Source of the DNA: Vitrella brassicaformis CCMP3155
Taxonomy: Eukaryota > Protista > Chromerida
Reading direction: 5' to 3'
Length of the DNA: 64,000 bases
NCBI GenBank assembly: GCA_001179505.1
Contig: CDMY01000477.1
Location: 124,001-188,000, forward strand
The position numbers were made by a program, and so were the translations under genes. The notes under the pieces are model-generated. The model saw nothing but the letters and a program-made list of their open reading frames with translations. It did no database searches and was not told the origin of the DNA. Below are positions 36,770 to 49,214 of this stretch, one piece after another. The number at the start of each line of letters is the position of its first letter. Position 1 is the stretch's first letter.

Positions 36770-39700
36770 TCAGATCTGCACGGTCTTCTCTCTCTCCCCC
36801 CCACCCACAGCAGATGGTGCCGGAGCAGCAGGCGCCAGCTCAGGGGTGCTGGTGGGTGTGCACGGCGGGCTGGTGGGCGCGTTGCTGCTGGGGGCCACAG
36901 TGGTGGCGTACGACGACACGCCCACACCCACATTCACACCGGCAGCATCACCAGTAGCCTGATTTGCCTTTGCTGCTGCTGCTGCTGCTGCTGGTGGTGG
37001 TGGTCCTGCTGGTGCCACGGGTGTTGGTGCGATCAGGGGTGGTGGATGCACAGCAGCGGCCGGGATAAACACACCCATGGGCATCGGTACGTACATCCCA
37101 GCAGCAGCATGGGGCAGCGGCAGCGCCCCCTTCGGCCTGATCGGTGTGAGCGTCTTGGTCTTCGACTGTGCGGGAGAGGGGGCAGGTAAGAGGTGACGCT
37201 GGCCGGGCCTCAGCGGCGGGCCCGGGAAGATCATCCCCACTCGCAAAGGGAAGGGCGATGCGAAGGGCAGGCGCAGCGCTGCTGGCGGGATTGGGAGGGT
37301 GAGAGAGCCCGGGGTGGGCTGGACGGGAGCCGATGGGTTCACGGGGTTGGGCTGGGCACCGAGGGGACGGCTGCCGGCAGCAGTGATGGTGGTGGTGGTC
37401 TTGGCGGCGCCACGAGAGCGGCGGATGAGGGAGTTGAAACGGTTCTTGACCTGGTTCTCAGTGCGACCTGACGGTCAGAAGGATGCACATCACATCACAC
37501 ATGGGGTGAGGTGGGTGGAGAAAGAGATGGTGAGAGAGGGGGAGTTCGTTCGGTTTGCTTACCGACGAGCTCCTTGGCGATGGCCGCCCATCTGTTGCCG
37601 AGGGCGCGTTGCTTCCTGAGGATGATCTCGTCTTCGGTGGCCTTCCAGCCGCCCTTTCTGATGCGCGGGTCGCAGTGGTTGTGCCATCGCTCGCGACACT
37701 GCTTCCCTGCACACATGAACACACATACACAACGGGATTCATGACGTGTGTATGGCGTGGTGCTGTGCTGTGCTGTGGTGTTCGTTTGCTGACCGGTGCG
37801 TCCCTCGAAGCCGTCGATGCCTGCACCCATCTGCTCGTTCATCAGCTTGGCGATCTCGGTCCATCTGAAAGAGCGGCACAGCGAGTAGAGTACTCACACA
37901 GTAAGGCCATCTGTGGGGTCGGCATTACTTGGAGGAGCCATGAATCCGGACGAGCGACGCAAGCAGCGCTTCCTCCTCAGGAGTCCACTGACGACTCTGA
38001 AGGCGGCACACACCACATGGCAAAACAGGGCCATCCATTCATTTGTCCATCGCTCGACGCACTCCTTCTTTGCTGCCCTAGCTCTCTCCCTGACGTACCT
38101 TGCTGTCGGGCATGGTGAGGCGTTTCCACCTCGCCCGGCACTCGTCGTCATTCCGACCACTCCCCAACATGTTGGCCACCTCCACCCACAGCTTCTCCAT
38201 CCCACACCCACACGCATCGCGGCACCGGCACTCCAGCCGTTTCCGCCGCGAGCCAGGGCCGGCTAGACGCTCAACGACCCCCAGAAGCCGCTCGTCGTGC
38301 GACTTGGTCCACTCCAAGGGCACTGGAGCCAGGTGGGGCTCGCGCTTGATGATGTGGGGGTGGGGGAGGGGAGGGGGGAAGGGCGCGTGGGTTTGGTTGT
38401 GGGTGTTGTGGACGCCGCCGTGGCTGTGTGTGTAGGTGGGGGGCATTGTGAGGGGCCATTGGCAGTGCCGCATGGCGTTGCTGCTGCTGCTGTGGGGACA
38501 GCTGGGCGAGTGAGCACGGGCCGGGCGCTGCCTAGTGCACTGGATGTTGTTGCTGTTGTTGTTGCTCTCGCCATCGTGCTGCTGCTCTTGCTGCCGCTCT
38601 CTCTTGATCTCTGTCTTGACCGGAAGAGGTCCCACAACGCTCTCCCAGCCCTCCCCGTCGATGCCGTCCGCACTGATAGTCCGCCTCCGGGCGGCCTCAC
38701 CCTCGCCCCCATCTGTCGCCGCACACTCGCGGCACGCACACGTGGCCGGTGGCCCATAGCCGTACACGAGCCCCTGCTGACCGGTGGTCTGCACCGGTGA
38801 TTGGGACGGAGAGGACCAGCAGCCGCCGTGGGAGCCGTCGAAGGCGCCGTGATGCTCATGGCCGCCAGTCTGGCTGTCGGCCAGTGTGTGTGGGTGTGAG
38901 TGGGGGGCGAATGGGTGTGGGTGCGGGTCGGGGCCAGGCACAGGGAGGGACTTGGCACGCATGACGGCGACCGGATCATGGTGTCCGTGATACGATGACG
39001 GCGGGGGGAAGAATGGCGGGGTGGTGGGGTTGGTGGGGGGCTGGGGGGTGTTCTGCGACACGCTGTCGGACAGGTCAGTCAGCGGCGGCGGCATATCGTG
39101 GTAGTCGACCCCGGCCGGCTCGTTGTGGTGGCCCCTGGAGTCTTCCACCGGCTCTTGCTTGACAAAGATCCCATCTTGATACGACATGCCGTTGGCATCC
39201 TCATGGCTGCCCCTCGAGTGCTGCCTGTCGTTGTGGTCCAGTGGCGGCAGCAGAAACGGCACGGAGAAGGCCGAGTCGTCGGAGGAGCCCGTGTTGAGCC
39301 GCGGCCGCCGTCTGGCATAGTGCATATGGGAGGATAAGTGGCCGTCGATGCCGTCCATGAGGCTGTCGGGGTCTGAGAGAGTTGAGAGGCCTCGTGGGCG
39401 TTTGCCGAGCAGCTGGTAGGACGGGAGGGTCTCGTGATCGTCCCATGATGGTGCGCCTGGCCCGACGTGCCGGTCATGAGAGGCGGAGGAAGTGCCGACC
39501 TCCTCCTTGATCGATGGGAGGAGCGATGATGACGCCACACCTGACGAACGACACACAAAGAGCACACGCGGTGTGAGTGACACGCAGATCAAAGCCCTCC
39601 CACAGCCACCCACGTGGTGTCCTTCCTGCCTCTTTGCTGCCTGTCTCGCTCTCACCATGGCCGCCGAAGGCACCAAAGCACCCGAACGAGTCGCCGCAGG

Positions 39701-39941
39701 CCTCTCCGTCGATGCCCATCATGGTCATGCTGCCCGACCGTCCGTCGTCGCCCCGCAATTCAAAATGAAGGTCCTCCACCGACATGGACGACACGATGGG
39801 CACCACACGCGTGTCGCTGGCTCCTGCATCTGCGGCATGGGAGCCCTTCAGGATAGACATCGAGAGATCAGCAGGGCCGCTGGCGGCGTGATGAGACGCG
39901 GCGCGAGAGTGGTTGCCTTGGGAGTGCGTGAGCAGATCCAT
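36770..39941 (-). CDS. Myb transcription factor with three repeats (one divergent plus two canonical)
   Basis: R1: EWTKSHDERLL...LWVEVANML-GRNDDECRARW. R2: QWTPEEEALL...KWTEIAKLM...GRTGKQCRERWHNH. R3: GGWKATEDEIILRKQRALGNRWAAIAKELVGRTENQVKNRFNS. Start is either 39941 (MDLL) or 40073. Confidence 0.92.
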
Positions 39942-40014
39942 GCTAGTGGGAGCAGCAGGACCCGCCTCGCGAGAGGGAAGAACAGAAAACGAAGGGATGG
40001 AAGATCTGCACGAA

Positions 40015-40022
40015 AGCTCGCA
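40015..40022 (-). promoter_or_regulatory. Candidate promoter motif TGCGAGCT (AGCTCGCA on +)
   Basis: Lies between the Myb start 39941(-) and the SRPRB start 40130(+). Confidence 0.6.
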
Positions 40023-40129
40023 CCTCAAGGAGCAGGCGGCCTCTCTTCTCGAGCAGCAGGAGAGTGTGCTCATCCGGCGTTGTCGTCCTCAAGCTTCTCT
40101 TGCAAGCAAGGCGTGCAGATCTCACCAAG

Positions 40130-41532
40130 ATGGATGTGCTGTCAGACACCTTCACGACGCTGGCAGCGGCTGTTGAGGTACTGTGATAGACCACCCATAT
40201 CCCCGTTCTGACGTCTGACTTGTGTGTGCAGGCTGCTGGGTCTCAGGTCGGCGTGCCCATCACTGCGGAGATATCTCTGGCTGTGGTGCTGCTGGCCGTC
40301 CTCTGTACTCTGCTCGTCATCGTCTCACGTGAGAGAGCCTGCCACCGGCGCAGCACAACCATGCATTTGTTTGCACTGTGTGTTGGTGTTTGGTTTGGTA
40401 TCTTCAGTTGCTCGGAGCCTTCGTAAGGGCACTCGTCGCCTTTCTCGAGGAGATCTGTTGCTCATCGCCGGCCAGTGCGACGCCGGCAAGACGGCACTCT
40501 TCCACTACGTGAGCTGGACAGCAACACACACATCCCATCCCGCGCCGCCTGATGCCGCGTGATACTCTCCTATCGTGTGGTGTGTGTTGTGTGTAGTTGC
40601 GGTCTGGTGACTTCCCTGAGACGGTTTCGTCACTGAAGCCGAACACCGACATCATCAACGTTCTCCACAAGGTGGGCAGAGCTAGACAGATACAGAAACA
40701 CCAAGCACGTCGAGCAGATGTGTGTGCATCCATCGTGTGCGCACTCTGTCTGCAGGATGAGGGCGACGCGTCGAGCAGCGGCGGCGGCGGTGTTGGTGGA
40801 ATAGAGGTGTGCGACTACCCCGGCCACCAGCGGCTCAGTCATGGCTTCTTTGGCCACCTCAAGCGGGCACGGTGTGTCGTGTATGTCATCGATGCGACCG
40901 ACAAGGCCGCACTCAAAAACGTCGCAGAGTGAGGGAGGGAGGCAGGGAGAGAGAGAGGGAGGGTCTGGAAGAATGGAAAATGCAGGGTACACGCGTCGTG
41001 TGTGTGTGTGTCATCAGGCACTTGTATGAGATCTTCACCCACCCGGCGACCAACAAGCTGCGGCCGCCACTGCTGCTGGCGTGCAACAAGAGCGACGTGC
41101 CGACAGCCCGCAAGCCTGACATGGTCAAAGACGACATTGAAAGGGAAATGTAAGCCTTAGACACACACAGCAAACCAGACAGATAGGGAGAGAGTGTGGC
41201 CATGTGCGCTGTGTTGCTTTCTTGGTTGGACTGATCAGCGAGCGTCTGCGTCAGTCCCGGAGTGCGACGCTGGAGGGTCAGGACGAGGCTGACAACTACC
41301 TGGGTGTGGACGGGGAGACCTTCAAGCTCGACATGGCGCCATGCAGAGTGGTGAGTGAGTGAATGAATGAATGAATCAATGCACACACACACACACGTGG
41401 TGAAGGCACATACACCGACAAGGGTGTTGTGTGTGTGGCTGTGTGTGTGTTTGTCAGGATATGTGTCGCATGTCTGTCAAGAAGGCCGAGGTGCAGGACG
41501 TCATCAAATTCCTCGCGGACAACTACCGCTAA
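40130..41532 (+). CDS. SRPRB: Signal recognition particle receptor beta subunit
   Basis: N-terminal TM helix, P-loop AGQCDAGKTALF, DYPGHQRL, VVYVIDAT, LLLACNKSD, and DIEREIERLRQSR; the motif order matches SRbeta. Confidence 0.93.
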
Positions 41533-41664
41533 TACTCATTAGACGCTGAGGCAATTAGTCGTTGCGTGTCAATTTCTGTACAGACAGACAGACGGACTGA
41601 CATTCTATCTCTCTTAAGCTTGAATTGAGTGACGTGCTTGTTAAGCAAACAAACAAACAACACC

Positions 41665-43350
41665 ATGGCAGTGCTTGTCCTCTCGTTGCTGCTTCTGGTG
41701 GGAGGTGCCACAGCTGCAGTTGCCACACACTCACTCCGGCACAACACGCCATACGTCAAGACCACAGGTACGTCACGTCTCTGACACTTCTTCTTTCTAC
41801 CGTTCATTCATTCATTTGTCGTGGATCCAGGCCTCAAGGCAGTTTTGGTCCACGCAGGAGACACGGCTAAGCTGCTTTGCGCGCACAACGGCGCCACTGA
41901 CATGCAGATCCACATCGTCAAATCAGAATACGGCACACCACGAGTGGGAGCACAGAGACAGACACGCTGTAAAGAGACACGCCATCGATGTGTGTCAGGT
42001 GGACCACGACACCATCGTCGCCGGCTCTTGTTCTGCGCCTCATGCGCTCATGGCGGCTCGAGAGAAGTGCGAGGGAGCGCTGACGTGTGACATCGTTGTG
42101 AGGGACGAGGCGTTTGGCATCAGTGGAGCCTCGTGGTGCCCGACACGATTCACCCGACTGGCTATTGTGTATGAGTGCACAAATGGCGACATCACGCGCT
42201 TCTATCCTGCAAGTAACAGCAGCCAGCACCACACACATGAACGTGCACATGAGACTGTCTGCCTGTCTCTCTGTATCTTTCAGAGGATCTCCGCGCCCGC
42301 AAGCTTGTGCCAGCCGACAAGAGCTCATCGCTGCTCCACTACAACCCTCTCATCCACTCAATCCCGGCGACAGACCAGGTGATGCCCGACACCAAGGGCG
42401 AGTACCTGCGCCTTCCCGACATCTTCACCCCGTGCACCGAGCGCGACACCATCCCGACGAAGGCGCCGATCGTATGGGCACGAGAAAGCGAAACACACCC
42501 ACATGATGGACACGGTCTTGGTTCATTTTCTGGTCTTTTGGTTGTCTTTATAGCATCTGTGGATGGTGCCAAGCACACGTGCGATGACAATCCGCTGTGC
42601 CGATTCTTTATTTTCAATGCCAACAATGCCACACTGTGCAAGTGGGTATCCATACGCCGTCACACGAAGGCATGTGGATACACGTGTGTCGCCGTGTGAA
42701 TGGCTCTATAGGGGCACGTCACTCGACGGCTCGGAGCACAGAGACAAGGCGGAGACGCACATCAAGGGCACAGCGGTCATTGATGGCATAGACGACTTCG
42801 ATGGTCGACTCAACCATCAAGTAGGCAGCATGGAGACCACACACATAGGGTGTTCGGCTGTGTGTGTGTTCATCTAACGCGATGGCTGCGTGTGTGTCCG
42901 TCTTCGTGCAGGGAATCTGTGAGGATGAGGACATCATCTCAGACATGCCGAATGTTTTCGATTTCAACACTGCCGCGTCCATCTGCAGAGCCAATGCCGA
43001 CTGTGCGTCATTTACCCTCTCATCCTCCGTTGGACTCAAGAAGCAGTCTGGGTTTGCGAACCACCTGTGGCTGTGCAAGGCTCCACTGCACCCAGTCCCG
43101 CACAGCGGATGGATCGCGGCGGGCAAGCTCCACCAAGGTACATCGACACACAGACGCACACTCACTTCGCTTCGCACCATCCATCTTCTCTGTGTGTGTG
43201 CAGGATTGGTTGGCCAAGGCCCTCGACCCTACCTGGCCAACGGCTTTGCTGACGGACCAGTATCGCTGCGTGCATGAGGGGCGGCAGATGGAGTTGCTGA
43301 GAAATGCATGGTGTACTTGGCCTGACAAACGACTGCCAGACGAATACTGA
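41665..43350 (+). CDS. Secreted protein with a SUEL/Gal-lectin domain and two PAN/apple-like Cys modules
   Basis: Signal peptide MAVLVLSLLLLVGGATA. LLC...IHIVKSEYG...C.APHAL...CEGALTCDIVV.DEAFG...C...LAIVYEC matches the SUEL consensus. AKHTCDDNPLCRFFIF and AASICRANADCASFTL resemble PAN cores. Confidence 0.7.
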
Positions 43351-44327
43351 GATGATCCATTCAACGTTATCTTCATGTCATGTCATCTGTTCGGTTGGTC
43401 TCTTCATGTACGTGTTCAACACTTGCGAAGCGGGCCTCTGAAAAATCTCTGAACATACGTGCGCAAAAACCATCACACGCGTCGTATAAATGGCAGCCAG
43501 CCTGGTGTGTTCATGCCCAGTCGGCTCTGCGGGGGCATGGGTGTAGTACTAGTCAGAACTCGTGTGAATGTGTGTCTCGGCTGCCTCGTCACTCATTACA
43601 CACACGCGCCACTCATGAACGCATCGACGGACGAGCGATCGACGGGTACGCAATATAGACAATACAGAGCACTCCTGCCAGCCAGCCAATGTACACGTGA
43701 AGAAAACGGGTGAAACGCTTCGTCGATCGCAGGCACGCTCATGCAGAAACGCCCAGATACAGGCACGCAGCAGACAAACTGCACCATAGGCCGGCATCCA
43801 CACAACAAAAAAACCCCTCCCCGCAGGTGATGTTCACATATGCATCATTCACATGTCTGCCCGCGGCCCTCTGATCGACTGCATGGTAGCAGCCGAACGA
43901 GCCATAGGGCATACGAAGAAACAGGGAGAGAGAGAGGTCATCTTTTCTCATGCATTCATCCACTCATCCACCCGCACCAGCCACCAGCATGAAAGCACGC
44001 ACCGACATGAAAGCACGCAACGACAAAACTCGTCGTAGCTTTACCCACCCCACCCTATCGACAGGCCAACACCTGTGGTGTATCACGCTCTCCTTTGCTA
44101 ACCACCCGTCCTGCCCGCCCCACAACCCCATCCAATTCATGACTTCCCGACGCCATCCAGGCAGACAGGCACCCGACAAAACACGCCATGGACATGCAGC
44201 AGCAAAGCTTTCTCACTGCTCGACACGCCCCGCGTCACCCAACAGACCATTACACACACCGTTACACACAAACACAAAGTACATAGGCGGCCAGACACCC
44301 CCCAGCCATCCCCTCCCAGCAGCCAAG

Positions 44328-46478
44328 TCACTCCTGGTACACATATGTGTAGGCGTTGTAGTCGGGCGGGAAGGGCTTCCGCAGCGCGTCGTGGGTCTGG
44401 ATGGGCCCGCGCCTCACACACAGGGGGGCGGGGGGCAGCGTCAGGGGGGCGGCGTCCAGTGGGGCCACCGAGTCGGAGCCGTCAGCCAAACGAACCGTCA
44501 CGCCTGAAACAAGCAAATCACAGGAAGGAATGCCTATGAGGTGCGTTTTCTCTTGCTCTCTAACTTTCTCTCGTGCATACCTGCATTGCTGATGACGGCA
44601 CAGAAATAGCCGCTCTGGACGTTACGCACCCGACCGGCGCCAACACGCCTGGCGTACTGCCGCTTGACGTCATCGAACACCACACTTGAATGGGAGGATC
44701 CGAGCGTGGGATGGTGCACCTGAAAGAAACACCACACACAACAGAGAGGGAGCACGTGTGAGTTGTCAGCCATGCCATGCATGTGTGTAGGCGACCCACC
44801 CACCCACCCACCTCGAAAGTGGCCGTTGCGCGTTCGATGTCGACAGTAACGTCCACGTGGCAGCCCGTCACCAGAGCGGGCAACGGGGCGATGCCCTCGA
44901 CCTTGGACACCTTGTTCGCCAGCCGCTTGCAGATGTTGCCGCTCTTGTTAAGGTACACCGAGTACAGCTCGTGCAGCCTGTCACGTGGGTAGAACTCGTC
45001 CGCCAACACGAAGCCCAGCCCATCCGCGCGGCCGGGCTCGCCCGCAATGATGGAGTAGCGGTAGTGCAGCACGCCGCCGCTGGGCTGCCGGCGGATGGAC
45101 TGCTCGTGGACGATCGACGTGACGCCGTCCTCCCAATTCTTGGTGAACACCTGCCCGTCGACCGACAAGTAACCTGACACACACAGAGAGACCTATGAGT
45201 GAATGTGTTCTGTTCTCCCCGCCCGCATACCGATCTTCATGGCGTTGCGGCTCCAGCAGGTCCGGACAGCAGTGTGCTGTGGCGTGTCGACAGTTGTCGA
45301 CCCCGAGCAGTTGGAACTGCCCCCGTGCACCGCCCCCCTGCCCGCCTCGGCATGACTCCTCTCGGTCGGCACCTTGAGGATGGCGATCTTCCTGTTGCCC
45401 TCAGACGGGGATGGCATCCAGTACGACGACGGCGACGCGTCGCCACCGCCGTTGCCGGCCCCCGCCGACCCCATCTCGCTGTGTGCGGCCTCTGAGCTCA
45501 TGATGGTGGTGGTCTGCTGCTTATACACGGGCGGCCGGTCTTGCGAGTTGAGGCGCTCCAGGTTGGCGAAAGTGAGGTGGGGGTTGGGCTGATGCACAGG
45601 CAACTCGAACTTGTCGTCCTCATGCTGCTGCTGCTGCTGGTCTTCATGACCATGATGGTCCTGGTCCTGGTCGTGTGTGTGGGTGTGGTTGTCGTGGTTG
45701 TCGGGGGTGTTGTCCTCGAACTCGTCGCCATCCTCGTTGGCCTCGCCCTCCTCCTCTTGCACGGGGCGAAGTTCACACCGACGCTTGTGACGACGCAACT
45801 GCTTCCTGAGCATACACGCAGAGGAGCAGAAGTTGAATCGTGCATTGCTCTGCGTGTGTGTCATCTTCTCTGCGTGCATACCCAATCCCGGAGAAGCCAC
45901 AGCCGAACGGACACACGCGCGCTTTTGATGGATCGAGTGGCCTGTGTGTCCGCACACAGCCGTCCCCCCCGTTGGCCAGGGAGGTGACGCACTCGAGCAC
46001 GCGAGCCATCTGCTCGGGTGTAAAACGGTCGAGGGCCTGTGAGACGGCCACCATCACTTCATGCTTGGTGGGGAGGGGCTGCTGGGGGGACGGGGGAGGG
46101 GGAGGGGGCTGGTGGGTGTAGCTGCCGCCATAGCCGCCGCCATAGCTGCCGTACATGGCCGACACCTGCACGCACACACATACAGAGAGGGCACACGCAA
46201 GGTATGAGTGTCTGTGTGTATATACACTCGGCGAGTGGCGTGTCTGCCTGGCGCACCGGTGGCGTTGTGTTCTTGTCACTGACAACACCAGGAATAGCCA
46301 ACGGCATACCTGAAAGACAAACACACATGCAAAGACGCCAATGCATCACAGCGTATCGCTCTTCCCTTCCTGCTCCCTGCGAGAGCCCTCCCACCTCCTC
46401 ACCTGCCATCTGCCCGCACACGGCGGGGCTCTGCTTCGCGTATGGAAACGGGTACACGCCGCTATGCTGAGTGTGCAT
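44328..46478 (-). CDS. Hypothetical protein with a low-complexity N-half and a SPRY/ConA-like beta-rich C-terminal domain
   Basis: Exons MHTQHSGVYPF..., MYGSYGGG...PPPP, an acidic/His-rich block, then LHYRYSII...ADGLGFVLA...YSVYLNKSGNIC...LVTGCHVDVTVDIERATATFE. The SPRY-like call rests on motif resemblance only. Confidence 0.6.
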
Positions 46479-46707
46479 CGTTACGATGCGCTCCTCAAAA
46501 CCAGTGATGCTCAGACAGACACTTGGCACCAGGGAACTGCTCACGAGAGCCCTGACTGAGGCTCGTCAGGGGATGATTGACGCAACAGATAGAAACTGAA
46601 ATCTCGCTGACGCTAGGCGCTGCGCTCGAATCGTGAAAAACGCGGTCTGTGAGGCGTGACGTGGCGAGGCAGGACGGCACCCTAGATAAACTGCCGTAAA
46701 ACCAAAC

Positions 46708-46715
46708 TGCGAGCT
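46708..46715 (+). promoter_or_regulatory. Candidate promoter motif TGCGAGCT
   Basis: Lies between 46478(-) and the rubredoxin start 46808(+). Confidence 0.6.
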
Positions 46716-46807
46716 TAGAACAGCGGCGCCTCCGATTTTGCTTCTGCGCTTTCCCATCACCCGAGGGCCTCTCAACGATCCGTCGATTCGCTTGCTTGCT
46801 CTGCGGA

Positions 46808-47535
46808 ATGAAGTCGTGGAGCCTTGTTATCGCTCCCTGCCTGCTCTTGTGTGCATCTATCGCTCATGCCTTCACTTTCTCCAACCCCGCCGCATCAGCA
46901 GGGGCCAGCTCTCGCCTATTGCCCCGAAACATCATTGCTCGCCGCGCCCCAGCAACAGCGCTCGCAGCAGAGACCACGTAAGAGACTCTGCACGCACAGC
47001 GAGATTCCTCCAGATCCACCGATTGCTTGTGCGTTGTCTTGTGTCGTGCTGTGCTGTGTGGATCAGCCTGACGCCTCCCGAGGGCTATTGGCAGGGCGAG
47101 TGGGTGTGTGCCGACTGTGGTTACATCTACGACCCATCGCTGTTCGGCAACAAGTGGTTTGAGGACCAGGGTCCTGGCTTCAAGTGTCCGCAGTGCCAGG
47201 CGCCGAGGCGGCGGTTCGCCAAGAAGGTCGGCTCGGTCGTGGGCCAGAAGATCGGCGGGGGCGACGCCCCAATTGTCATCTTCAGCGTACGCCTCACACA
47301 ACAGGCCACCCACACAGACGGGACACGTATGGCGTGCATCGTTTGTCTGCTCGCTGTGTCTGCGTGTGTTCGAGTGCAGTTTCTGGGACTCGCACTTGTG
47401 GTCGCTGCAGGTAGGTACACGAGGGACGGAACAGAGATTGAGCAGCACTGTGCCATGTGTCCGTCGATGCCATCTTTGCGTTCTGTGTGTGCAGCTGTGT
47501 GGGCTACGTATGATTTCCCCGGCCTGAATCTCTAA
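46808..47535 (+). CDS. Plastid-targeted short rubredoxin with a C-terminal TM anchor, ENH1-like
   Basis: Bipartite leader ...CASIAHA-FTF. WVCADCGYIY and FKCPQCQAPRRRFAKK give two CxxC pairs; KIGGGDAP plus a TM helix resembles the C-terminus of plant ENH1-type rubredoxin-like proteins. Confidence 0.88.
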
Positions 47536-48215
47536 CTAAGTTGACTGATTGATTGATGGGCCTACGGCTGGCGAGTGGTGCGCGGCATCTCGCGATCAGA
47601 GCAGTCGGCAGCTCCTTGATGCGCAGCCAACGGGGTGGTTGACAATATCTTTGTGCACACCGTGCTTTGTGGGGCTGCCTGTCGTCACGTTGGGTGCGTG
47701 CGAGTGGGACAGACACTCGTGTCACCACATGAACCATCGCTGTCATTGAACGAGACCTTTCGTCAGTCTCGTGTAAAAGCGATTTCGCTTAGACGTTTTA
47801 AGTGATAACCAACAGGAAGGAAAGGAAATCAGTCCGCGTTATGAGTCTTGTACATTGATGAATGAATGCTTGGTGGACGCAGTCCACTGCCGCCTAGGGT
47901 GTTCCATGAAACCGCTGCTGATCGGCCGACACATCATTTCACCAACATCACACATCCGGTGTTCGACCGACGGCTGCATCGCCTCTCCCATCATCGCTGA
48001 CTGACTGATATCGGGTGAGCGAAAGATCACCGCACACGCACCAGTGGCGTGTCTTCATCGTTCGTGTATCTGTGCTCTGGGCCGTGTTTCCACCAGCACA
48101 CGTAGGGAAGCACAGCGGTTGCTTTGTCACCAGCACACGTAAGGAAGCAAACAAGGCGTTCTGTGCACACCCCGTCACGGCGTTGTGTGTCGTTCGGTCT
48201 ACAGATATCTCACTG

Positions 48216-49214
48216 ATGGCGTCCAGCTCTGTTCCCTCTCTGTGGGCCATCTCACTCGAGAAGGCATCACACTTGCTCGACGACCAATCCGTCAAGCGTC
48301 CGGCAGTCCTCTCCCAGATGGACAAGCAGCCGCCCACAGAGATCCCCAAAGGCGTCACCCTGCCGGTCGTCCTGCAGCAGCGCATCGAGCAGGCCATGCA
48401 GTACGACGACCTTCATGCAGTGTTGGCCTTCGACATTCGTGACGTGGCGGGGGCCATCAAGGCTGCCTACGTGCTGGAGCGATGCAGCGGCCAGTGGACG
48501 ATGATGAAGCGCTTTATCCGCCTGGCCTTCATCCACCGGCTCACCCCTCCCAATGCCACGCTTCCCCTCATGCTGTCGGCTGACGCGCTGCCCAGCGCTT
48601 CAGCCTTCGATGAGCTGCCACTCAGTATGGCCGTCTACAAGAGCATCGAACGCACGCTCAACTATCGGGGGACGACCCTCGTGCTGCAGAGAGGCAACAA
48701 CTGTGGCTATCGGATTGGCGACCATTCCTTTCGTGTGATGGCGTTGGATGAGCTGCCGGCCGACCATCCCTACCGCAGCAGATACAAGGAGAGCGATCCC
48801 GTCATCCGCTGGGGTGACTTCACCTTCCCATCGTCCACGGCATTCCTCACGTGGATGATCCTGGTGCAATGGTGTGCTCAAGAGGGGGTGGAGAAAAGAC
48901 AGCTGGCCAGTGTTTATGTCTGGCGTGGTGACAGCCGCTACCAGTCCCTGCTGACACTTGATGACATCCCCGAGGCCAGCATGATTATCGACTACATGGA
49001 TGAGCATTCGTCGCCGATCGATGACGCCCGTCGGCGACTGATTCTGCTCAGGGGAACAGCTCCGACCGACACCGTTGCGGCCTACCTGTGGCTCAGGAAT
49101 GGCGACATCCGCCTCTACACGACCGAGCGTGACACTGCTGCGGCCGCCCGCCCTTTGCTGGCCAGACATCGGCTGGAGCAACAAGTCCTCGGACATGTGC
49201 GGGGGGCAGAGTGA
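48216..49214 (+). CDS. Intronless protein of an apparently lineage-specific family
   Basis: About 330-codon uninterrupted ORF (MASSSVPSLWAISLEK...HPYRSRYKESDPVIRWGDFTFPSSTAFL...RLYTTE) with GC3-rich codons. It resembles expanded uncharacterised Vitrella families from memory; unverified. Confidence 0.8.
   Translation: MASSSVPSLWAISLEKASHLLDDQSVKRPAVLSQMDKQPPTEIPKGVTLPVVLQQRIEQAMQYDDLHAVLAFDIRDVAGAIKAAYVLERCSGQWTMMKRFIRLAFIHRLTPPNATLPLMLSADALPSASAFDELPLSMAVYKSIERTLNYRGTTLVLQRGNNCGYRIGDHSFRVMALDELPADHPYRSRYKESDPVIRWGDFTFPSSTAFLTWMILVQWCAQEGVEKRQLASVYVWRGDSRYQSLLTLDDIPEASMIIDYMDEHSSPIDDARRRLILLRGTAPTDTVAAYLWLRNGDIRLYTTERDTAAAARPLLARHRLEQQVLGHVRGAE

Noticed and set aside
40023-40073. Myb start at ATG 40073
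   Set aside because: It would leave 56 bp to SRPRB and put the promoter motif inside the CDS; 39941 is preferred but unproven.
43989-44024. 18-bp tandem duplication ATGAAAGCACGCA(C/A)CGAC
   Set aside because: A simple local slippage duplication in a probable UTR.
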